64,000 nucleotides of DNA from a virus (taxonomy: Duplodnaviria > Caudoviricetes). Positions 57,175 through 64,000 of this stretch are shown in pieces. The stretch lies in IMG/VR virus record IMGVR_UViG_3300004241_000001, positions 32,001 through 96,000 of that record; one strand, 5' to 3'. Position 1 is the first letter of the stretch; the number at the start of each line of letters is the position of its first letter. Made by a program: the position numbers and the translations under genes. The notes under the pieces were generated by a model. That model ran no database searches. It was given only the letters and a program-made list of their open reading frames with translations, and was not told the origin of the DNA.

Positions 57175-57795
57175 TTATTTATTCTTTCTTATATGTGGGC
57201 CATGTTCATGAAAATAAACTGATTCACCTTTTGAAAGATTAAAGCACATAAGACATTTTTCACAATTGCCTTTGCATTCTTTAGCTTGTTTAGGGATATA
57301 TGCAACATCGGCCTGATCTTTTAAATGTGCTACTGGAAAATTAAAAGGATTTACCACTATTACTTTTGGCCAAGACGAGAATATTATTTTTAAATTTTTT
57401 GGTATAAAGTCGTTTGAAAAACTATTGACTAAATCATACATTTTTGTAAAAATAATAAATTTACAGTCTTTATTTTCTACTGCTATAAGAATAACTCTTT
57501 TTAGATATTCAAGATTTATTATATCTCCACTTACATGCCATCTAAAAAGTTTTACGTTTTTATATTTTATATATCCATCAATCTGCCTAAAATATAAATC
57601 AGGATTTTCTTTTAGAAGCTCTAAATTGTTATCATATGCCGCTCTTACTTTAGGATATTGAAGATAAGATTGCTTTGAGTAACATCTTTTTGCACATTCT
57701 TTACAATTACCGCAGGTTTTTATTGGCGGAAGAGATACGCTCGCGACCTTACCCATCTTTGAATTACCTACGCTTATTTTAACTATTCTTTCCAT
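57175..57795 (-). CDS. Phage Gp88-family protein (Cys-rich, radical-SAM-like)
   Basis: GNSKMG, SLPPIKTC..C..C...CY, FRWHVSGDI, FTK, CKGNCEKCLMC. Confidence 0.7.
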   Translation of the reverse strand: MERIVKISVGNSKMGKVASVSLPPIKTCGNCKECAKRCYSKQSYLQYPKVRAAYDNNLELLKENPDLYFRQIDGYIKYKNVKLFRWHVSGDIINLEYLKRVILIAVENKDCKFIIFTKMYDLVNSFSNDFIPKNLKIIFSSWPKVIVVNPFNFPVAHLKDQADVAYIPKQAKECKGNCEKCLMCFNLSKGESVYFHEHGPHIRKNK

Positions 57796-57813
57796 ATTAT
57801 TGCCTCCAATTAA

Positions 57814-57840
57814 AAAGACCGGCTTTCGCCGGCCTTAATT
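57814..57840. repeat. 27-bp direct repeat copy 1 (GAAA-loop hairpin / terminator)
   Basis: AAAGACCGGCTTTCGCCGGCCTTAATT, identical to 58805-58831. Confidence 0.9.
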
Positions 57841-58790
57841 TATAACTTTTTAGCTATTTCATATATCACATTTACTGTTACGCCATTTCCTGCTTGTTTA
57901 TAAAGCTGACTATCAGAATTGACCATTCTTGCTCTCTCAAAATATTCATCTGGAAATCCTTGAAGTCTAAAGCATTCTTTAGGAGTTAATCTGCGAATGC
58001 GTTTATTTTCTAAAATCCCAGTTCTTGCAGAATGATTGTCAAGTCCTTTATAGTATGTTGCATTAAGACAAGTAAAATTATTTCTTTTTATTATATTTCC
58101 ACGATTTATTGTGACTAAATAAAGTCCAGTTTTAGCTCCAAGACCTCCACCTAGCCCAATTAAGTTTTTAGAAATTCCATCTTCATCATAGACTCTTTCT
58201 GCCATTGTTCCTGGAATTAATTCTTTAAGTTTTCCATTAGTTTTTCCATCATTTCTTTCGAGAGGAAATATTTTTCGTCTACGCTCTCCTCTAAGATATG
58301 CGATAATAAACACTCTTTCTCTGTTTTGTGGCACTCCATAATTTTTTGAGTTGATAACACACCATTCGATCTGGTCATACCCTGCATCCCGAATTGCAAG
58401 CAAGATTGATCCGAATGTTCTTCCTTTGTCGTGGTTAAGAAGTCCTCTAACATTTTCCAAGAATAAAATTTTCGGTCGTTTTTCTTTTGCGAGTCGAAGT
58501 ACGTCAAAAATAACTGTTCCCCTTGTATCCTCAAAGCCTTGTCTTTTTCCGGCAATGGAGAAACTTTGGCAGCAAAATCCTCCGCACCAGATGTCGGCGT
58601 TTGGCAGATCCCTTGATTCAATTTTTGTAATGTCTTCTCCAAAATATTCATCCTCCTTTGGATTATGCATTGCTGTATAACTTTTATTAGCATACTTATC
58701 TATTTCTATATGTCCAACACATTCATGCCCTGCCATTTCTAGTCCTAAACGAAAACCTCCGATTCCAGAAAATATATCTAAAAATTTCAT
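57840..58790 (-). CDS. C5 cytosine DNA methyltransferase
   Basis: FSGIGG, GGFCCQSFS (PC motif variant), ENVRGL, PQNRERVF, RRLTPKECFRLQGFPD, QAGNGV. Confidence 0.95.
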   Translation of the reverse strand: MKFLDIFSGIGGFRLGLEMAGHECVGHIEIDKYANKSYTAMHNPKEDEYFGEDITKIESRDLPNADIWCGGFCCQSFSIAGKRQGFEDTRGTVIFDVLRLAKEKRPKILFLENVRGLLNHDKGRTFGSILLAIRDAGYDQIEWCVINSKNYGVPQNRERVFIIAYLRGERRRKIFPLERNDGKTNGKLKELIPGTMAERVYDEDGISKNLIGLGGGLGAKTGLYLVTINRGNIIKRNNFTCLNATYYKGLDNHSARTGILENKRIRRLTPKECFRLQGFPDEYFERARMVNSDSQLYKQAGNGVTVNVIYEIAKKL

Positions 58791-58804
58791 AACTCTCCTT
58801 ACTT

Positions 58805-58831
58805 AAAGACCGGCTTTCGCCGGCCTTAATT
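58805..58831. repeat. 27-bp direct repeat copy 2
   Basis: Identical to 57814-57840. Confidence 0.9.
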
Positions 58832-58832
58832 G

Positions 58833-61286
58833 CTATTTATTTTCTTTTATCCACTTTAGCATTGATTCAGTTCGTTTAAACCTCGACATTACCATTCTAC
58901 CATTTACCTTTATCATTGCCGGCAATTCATCGATATCATAATACCTTGCCAACGCCTCACCTTTTGGCTCTGACGTATCAACTACTTCATATTTGATGTC
59001 AATATTTTTAAGCCTTTCTTTTGTTTCTTCGCATTTCTGACATCCAGGCTTCGAGAAGAAATATATTTTTGTTTTTTCGGGATAGTAAGTTTTATTTTCT
59101 CCGTTCGGATCATAAACTGAAATAGCTTCTACTTTTTTTCTATCCCTGAGTTCTGCGATTTTGCCTTTTGTCCATCCAGAAATCTTTGAAAAATATCCGG
59201 TTATGCGAGTAATCATATAGGTATTCTTTGAACCGCAATTTGGACATTCATCTCTAAAACCTCTGTGTGTTGTATGACAGTCTTCGCAAGTTGTAAAATC
59301 AGGGCTAAACGCTATTTGAGAAGCCTTTGTTGATTTTAAAGTTTCCAATGTTAACTCTTTAATCGCTCTCCAATCAGGAAGTTTTTCTCCGAGCCATACA
59401 TGGATTATTGAGCCGGCTTCAACCATAGGAGAGAATTTTGATTGCTTAACTATACGTTCAAATATATCGATATCAGCATCATAAGGGATATGAACGCTGT
59501 TAGTATAATACCTAAACGACTCGTCTTTTAAATTGCCGCGAACATATTGTTTTGCTTGTTCTGGATAATATTTAAGGTCAAGTGTGGCTAATCTTTGAGA
59601 GCATCCTTCTGCCGGTGTTTCTTCAAGAATACAATATAAACCATATTTCTCTGATTCTTCTTTCATTACCTTTTTCATAAACGAAATTATTTCAAGTCCT
59701 TTTAGAAAAGATTCTTCGCTTTCATGTAATTGAAATCCTGTAAGACATTGGATCATTTCGTTTAGTCCGACCATTCCAAGTAGGAACTTTGCTTCTTCTC
59801 TACGAAGGTATGGTTTTCCATCAAGACCAGAGTTTAAGAATTTTGTAAAATTATTTTCATCGAGACGTTTACAAAAGTAATCATATTTTTCTTTATGGGC
59901 TTTCATTGCAACACAAATCACTTCTTTTAAATTATCAAATACTTCTGTTTCATTTTTTGATTTATAAGCAACCCTTGGAAGATTTATTGTTACGTTTTGC
60001 CATGCAGAAAATCTTGTTTCTTCTGGATGTTCCATAGTTCTTTTTATTTCCTCTTCGCTTAACTTTATACTGAGCCGACAGCATTGTGAGATTTGGGCTG
60101 CCCCACGATCAAACAATATATAAACCGAACCTCTTTTTGCATTTATTTGACAAGCATAATCAAATAAAGCGTCATTTGAATAATCTTTGCTATCGCTTAG
60201 ATGAAGAAGTATTTTAGGGAAATTAAAGTTTGCTCCATTTCTATCGCCCTCGTCAAGAACTTGAAGTACAGCAAATAGAAACGATCTTGCTTCTTTTTCG
60301 TAATCTTTATATGTAACTCCATCGATATATTTACCGCCAGGGCCAACAACAGGAGTATTTCTATAATGATCAGGAATTTCGAGATACATATTGAAATCAG
60401 AGAATACCAATTGGCCCCCTCTGGAACTTGAAAGTTGCGAGAAACTAAATATCATATGTTGGGCCATTTGTTTTATTTGTTCATTAGAAGATCCTTCAAA
60501 GAATGGAGCCATGAATATGTTTACTGCGTCATAGCCAATAGCCCCACTGAATACGCCCTGTAAGTAGTTGGCAAAGCAAGACATATGACTTATTAAAGAT
60601 AAAGCATGTTTTGCTGGTGAAGACTCCACTTGCATTCCTGGAAATTTTATTCCATTCTTTTTAATATATTCGATTGAATTACCGCTACAATAAGGTCTGA
60701 CGCCAGTAAAATCGCTGTCATGTATGTGAATATCCCCTATTTTATGTGCTTTTGAAATATTAGAAGAGTGTAATGTTCTTAAAGCATATGATTTTAATAT
60801 ATTCCCTGCAAGAGTTAAGTTTATGCTTTCAGGAGAAAATCCCGTATTGCTATTTTCTTTATTGTGATCGGTAAGAACTGATTCGATGGTATCTAACGAA
60901 GTTATTATATTATAATACTGTTCAAGCTGTTTATTGTATCCTTTTTCAAACAAAATATTATTTACGATTTCTCTTATAAAACCAGAACTTACTGTTTTTT
61001 GACCACTGCTCATAAGTCTTAGTTCAACTATTTTTGCTATTTCAAATGACTCTTCTTCGGTTAAATCACAATGAAGCATAAGAGAATTTATAATTCTCTT
61101 CCGGTCGAAGTCATAGAAATCATTGTCGGTATTTGATTCAACTTGCATCTGGAAAGCGGTTGAATTTTTAATAGATCTTCTTTTCTTTCTGACCTTTGGT
61201 ATTATTGTATTTCCTTGAAATAAAATATCCTCTGTGTGGTTTTTAACGTCTGTCATTGGTTGCATTTGTGGATTAACATCTTCCAT
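58833..61286 (-). CDS. nrdD: Class III anaerobic ribonucleotide reductase with ATP cone and a fused C-terminal glutaredoxin-like domain
   Basis: ATP cone (FDRKRIINSL...IREIV), GDIHIHD, QCCRL, ETPAE, YYTNS, Zn ribbon, RITGY glycyl-radical motif, then FSKPGCQKC. Confidence 0.93.
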   Translation of the reverse strand: MEDVNPQMQPMTDVKNHTEDILFQGNTIIPKVRKKRRSIKNSTAFQMQVESNTDNDFYDFDRKRIINSLMLHCDLTEEESFEIAKIVELRLMSSGQKTVSSGFIREIVNNILFEKGYNKQLEQYYNIITSLDTIESVLTDHNKENSNTGFSPESINLTLAGNILKSYALRTLHSSNISKAHKIGDIHIHDSDFTGVRPYCSGNSIEYIKKNGIKFPGMQVESSPAKHALSLISHMSCFANYLQGVFSGAIGYDAVNIFMAPFFEGSSNEQIKQMAQHMIFSFSQLSSSRGGQLVFSDFNMYLEIPDHYRNTPVVGPGGKYIDGVTYKDYEKEARSFLFAVLQVLDEGDRNGANFNFPKILLHLSDSKDYSNDALFDYACQINAKRGSVYILFDRGAAQISQCCRLSIKLSEEEIKRTMEHPEETRFSAWQNVTINLPRVAYKSKNETEVFDNLKEVICVAMKAHKEKYDYFCKRLDENNFTKFLNSGLDGKPYLRREEAKFLLGMVGLNEMIQCLTGFQLHESEESFLKGLEIISFMKKVMKEESEKYGLYCILEETPAEGCSQRLATLDLKYYPEQAKQYVRGNLKDESFRYYTNSVHIPYDADIDIFERIVKQSKFSPMVEAGSIIHVWLGEKLPDWRAIKELTLETLKSTKASQIAFSPDFTTCEDCHTTHRGFRDECPNCGSKNTYMITRITGYFSKISGWTKGKIAELRDRKKVEAISVYDPNGENKTYYPEKTKIYFFSKPGCQKCEETKERLKNIDIKYEVVDTSEPKGEALARYYDIDELPAMIKVNGRMVMSRFKRTESMLKWIKENK

Positions 61287-61301
61287 AAAATCATTCCTTT
61301 C

Positions 61302-62951
61302 TTATAATGAAAAAACCGCACAATCCTCTCGATTAATTCTATCTTTAAGTTTTGTTCCTGCGATTATTGAAATAACTTCCTCTTTGGCAAGAGTATCGCA
61401 TAGGAGTTTTAGATTAGAATCGTCAAGACAGTCTGCGCGGTCAACGATGATGAAATTATACTTGCTTACCTTTGCAATAGCAAACTGGATTGAAATAGAA
61501 GATATTAATTTTTCTGCTTCTGATAGCATTTTGCTCGTCTTATCATTGATTTTCAAGCTGAATTTTGGTTCGGTTAAAACATCAAATTTTACACCAAAGT
61601 TTGAAGAAAATTTATTTATATCATCGATAAAAGATTGAGCGCCAGATTTAACTATTTTTGATTTAATTCCATCTTTACCGAAGATGCTTACGAGTCTTTC
61701 AAGTTGTTCTTTTCTTTTTAAAGATTTTTCTCTTGAGTTAAGTTGAAATTCAAGTTGAGAGTTTAAGTTTGCTATATCTCTTGAAACTATTTTGAGATTA
61801 TTTAATTTGAATACCTCTGATATAATCGATTCATTTCTTCTGTCTATATCTGAGTTAAATATCTCAATCTCTTTATTTTCAATTTCTATCGATTTTATTT
61901 CAGACTCTAATTTATCTCTTAGTTCTCTTATTTTTATATCTTTTTCTAAGCCGGCATCTTGTTCTGCCTTCTGTTTTTGTTCAAATAGTTGTTTTCCTCT
62001 TACCCTTAAAGAATTATTTTCAGCAACCAATGAATCAATATACTTCTTTATCTCCTCTGCTGATTGACATTGGATTGACGAAACAAAAGGGCATGAGCCA
62101 GAAAATTCTTTTGCTTGGTCAATTTTTACTTTATTTTCTAATCCTTTTTTATTAATATCTTCAAGCTCTTTTTTAAGTTCCTCTGGAAATTTAGATATGA
62201 CAGAAGAGTTCTTTATAATTGATAACTGATTTTCCATCTCTCTTGCAGAATTATATCCTTTTAGTTCTTTATATTTTTCTTTCTTGCTATTAAGTTCTAA
62301 TATTTTGTTTTCAATATCAGTTGGAACCTCTGGAAGTTCTGATAGTTTCGTTGTTATCTGCTTTATATTGTCATCAGCGGTATTTATATATCTTGTGCAA
62401 TTAGTTCTTTCTGCGTAAAATTTATCATATAAGACTTGAATATCTTTTGTTGATATTTGACTTGGAACATCTGCCTTTATATCATCTTGTATTTCGATAT
62501 AATCTGCCGGGTTAAATGACGAATTGCTTAAGTAATCAACAAGTATTTCATATTGCTGTTCTGGCGAAAGGTTAAAGAAATTATATCCATTGCAAAGAAA
62601 ATTTATTACAGCTGATTTAATGCCAAGTTCTTCAATTGGATCTTTCTTTTTTCTTGTATCAATTTTTATTACTCCATTTGGGGTTATAAGATTGCTTGGA
62701 TTGGCACTTCTTGAAAGTATTTCAAAGTTGTGGAAGTTTGATAAAGTTGCAGTTGGAGTTTTGTTCGTTCCATTAGGAATAAAATCGCTTATATCTTTAT
62801 CCTGTGCCTTTCCTGATAGGATAAATTCTATTGCCGTCCGAATAGTCGTTTTACCTTTTGCATTTGTGTAAGAGGTCACTATATTGAGTCCTGGTTTAAA
62901 ATCCATTTCCTTTTCTGAGAACATTCCAAAATCTTTTAATTTTAATTTCAT
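61302..62951 (-). CDS. Rad50/SbcC-like SMC ATPase
   Basis: LKDFGMF, NAKGKTT Walker A, coiled coils around a CPF..C hook, LSEAEK signature, IIVDRADCLD Walker B; likely start ATG 62951. Confidence 0.85.
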   Translation of the reverse strand: MKLKLKDFGMFSEKEMDFKPGLNIVTSYTNAKGKTTIRTAIEFILSGKAQDKDISDFIPNGTNKTPTATLSNFHNFEILSRSANPSNLITPNGVIKIDTRKKKDPIEELGIKSAVINFLCNGYNFFNLSPEQQYEILVDYLSNSSFNPADYIEIQDDIKADVPSQISTKDIQVLYDKFYAERTNCTRYINTADDNIKQITTKLSELPEVPTDIENKILELNSKKEKYKELKGYNSAREMENQLSIIKNSSVISKFPEELKKELEDINKKGLENKVKIDQAKEFSGSCPFVSSIQCQSAEEIKKYIDSLVAENNSLRVRGKQLFEQKQKAEQDAGLEKDIKIRELRDKLESEIKSIEIENKEIEIFNSDIDRRNESIISEVFKLNNLKIVSRDIANLNSQLEFQLNSREKSLKRKEQLERLVSIFGKDGIKSKIVKSGAQSFIDDINKFSSNFGVKFDVLTEPKFSLKINDKTSKMLSEAEKLISSISIQFAIAKVSKYNFIIVDRADCLDDSNLKLLCDTLAKEEVISIIAGTKLKDRINREDCAVFSL

Positions 62952-62952
62952 A

Positions 62953-63411
62953 TTATTTATCTCCTTTATTTTGTTCATAATCTTTTCTTTTTTTATCTAT
63001 AAAATCATAGAAACTGTCGTTTATTTCCTCAATTTTTTGTTCATAATCAAATACTTTTTCTTCTCTTTCTCTAACTCTTTTTTTAGTCTCTTCGTCTGCT
63101 TTAAACTCTATTAATAAATCTGGATCAATTAATTCTCCATCTTCATCATAATACCTTCCTATGCCAACGTATTTTAAATCCATTATTTTATAATTAAATT
63201 TATAGCCATATTCGTCATATACTAAATACTTCTCGATTTTAGCATTTTCTATTTTTTCTTCTAGTGATTTGTTTAGGTATTTTTCAAATACTTTACCAAT
63301 TATACAGCCATCATTAGTTAAAGTTCCATCAGAATTATAAATAGAAATCTTTTCGCCTTGTTTGCATAAAATATATTTTCTATTATCTATGTCAATAATT
63401 TTTAAATTCAT
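62953..63411 (-). CDS. Hypothetical protein
   Basis: 152-aa ORF. Confidence 0.55.
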   Translation of the reverse strand: MNLKIIDIDNRKYILCKQGEKISIYNSDGTLTNDGCIIGKVFEKYLNKSLEEKIENAKIEKYLVYDEYGYKFNYKIMDLKYVGIGRYYDEDGELIDPDLLIEFKADEETKKRVREREEKVFDYEQKIEEINDSFYDFIDKKRKDYEQNKGDK

Positions 63412-63418
63412 AATTCAC

Positions 63419-63760
63419 CTACTTTAAATTTTGAACGTCTATTAAATTTCTTTCAATCTTTGCAACACTTATTAATTCTTCAATAAATTGATCCTTTGTA
63501 ATTAATCCTAAACACATTTGTTCAATGTTTTCTTCGACATATTCAACAACTTTCCAATTATGAACATGCTCAGGGCCAGCCCATTCTAATAACTCTTGCT
63601 CACTTGTTTCATCTATAAAATCATCTATCGCTTCAAAAACCTGGTCTGGATCAACTGATATATTAATTTCAAATTTCTTCTTGCAATGTAGACAAGTTAT
63701 TTCTTCTTCATAGTCTATATCTGGAATCCCTCTCATATTATTTCTAAATGTTCTTTTCAT
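63419..63760 (-). CDS. Hypothetical protein
   Basis: GGAGG SD; CLHC motif. Confidence 0.55.
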   Translation of the reverse strand: MKRTFRNNMRGIPDIDYEEEITCLHCKKKFEINISVDPDQVFEAIDDFIDETSEQELLEWAGPEHVHNWKVVEYVEENIEQMCLGLITKDQFIEELISVAKIERNLIDVQNLK

Positions 63761-63770
63761 ATGTCCTCCA

Positions 63771-63803
63771 AAAATAAAGGCCCGATATTTCTATCGAGCC
63801 TCT
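63771..63803 (-). terminator. Intrinsic terminator after the HU gene
   Basis: AGAGGCTCGATA-GAAA-TATCGGGCCTTTATTTT on the - strand. Confidence 0.75.
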
Positions 63804-63831
63804 GTTAAATTATTATTTCGTTATTTTAAAA

Positions 63832-63999
63832 TTATTTTTTGTTTACTGACTCTTTAAATTCTTTTCCGGCTGTGAATTTCGGAACGCGTTTTGCCTTAAT
63901 TTTGATTTCTTTACCTGTCTGAGGATTACGACCAACGCGCGCTGCTTTCTGTTTTGCTTCCCATGAGCCGAAACCCATTAAAGAAACTTTTTCGCCAGC
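63832..63999 (-). CDS. hup: HU-family histone-like DNA-binding protein (3' part; not in the ORF track)
   Basis: [55 protein letters not shown]. Confidence 0.93.
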   Translation of the reverse strand, partial: AGEKVSLMGFGSWEAKQKAARVGRNPQTGKEIKIKAKRVPKFTAGKEFKESVNKK

Positions 64000-64000
64000 T

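Noticed and set aside
44213-61286. Introns or inteins in ligase, helicase, primase or nrdD
   Set aside because: Reading frames are continuous with normal motif spacing; the HNH-AP2 gene is free-standing
619-61892. Frequent ATCGAT palindromes
   Set aside because: The rough count is about what base composition predicts, unlike GCCGGC
608-63114. Many short opposite-strand ORFs in the six-frame track (e.g. 3360-3656, 44229-44789, 58351-58680)
   Set aside because: They are shadows of well-supported genes and lack SDs or recognisable motifs
1-64000. Stop-codon recoding (alternative genetic code)
   Set aside because: Long genes are intact in the standard code, all three stop codons end genes, and the tRNA is Gln(UUG), not a suppressor
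1-64000. CRISPR array, integrase/att site or IS element
   Set aside because: No regularly spaced repeats and no recombinase or transposase motifs seen

Overview
A 64-kb, AT-rich (roughly 30% GC by eye), gene-dense segment of a large tailed dsDNA phage, probably a long-tailed siphovirus-like phage of an anaerobic and possibly diderm bacterium. Two arms converge on a bidirectional terminator at ~28.26 kb. The + arm (1-28.2 kb) carries the tail tube protein, a tail chaperone G/GT pair with a T TTT TTA -1 frameshift, a 1679-aa tape measure protein, a Kelch-containing tail-tip protein, an FN3/S74 tail fibre, a duplicated LamG fibre, a lysis region (holin, GH108 endolysin, spanin-like candidates), tRNA-Gln(UUG) and a separately promoted cassette with a membrane-anchored receiver (REC) domain. 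The - arm (28.3-64 kb) carries replication, recombination and nucleotide metabolism genes: RuvC-like resolvase, RepB-type primase, DnaG with a C-terminal zinc finger, Hel308-like helicase, Rad50/SbcC-like ATPase, NAD-dependent ligase, ThyX, dUTPase, dNMP kinase, NrdG, a glutaredoxin-fused NrdD, a C5 methyltransferase, a macrodomain, an HNH-AP2 nuclease and HU, plus many small accessory genes. The most unusual signals are: (1) strong, frame-independent over-representation of the palindrome GCCGGC, which also occurs in the 27-bp direct repeats flanking the C5-methyltransferase and in the closing stem of a candidate pseudoknotted ncRNA; (2) a plasmid-like promoter-RHH-structured leader-rep module; (3) the membrane-tethered REC cassette; (4) several accessory genes split by single-base frameshifts. 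All calls were made by eye; no databases were searched.
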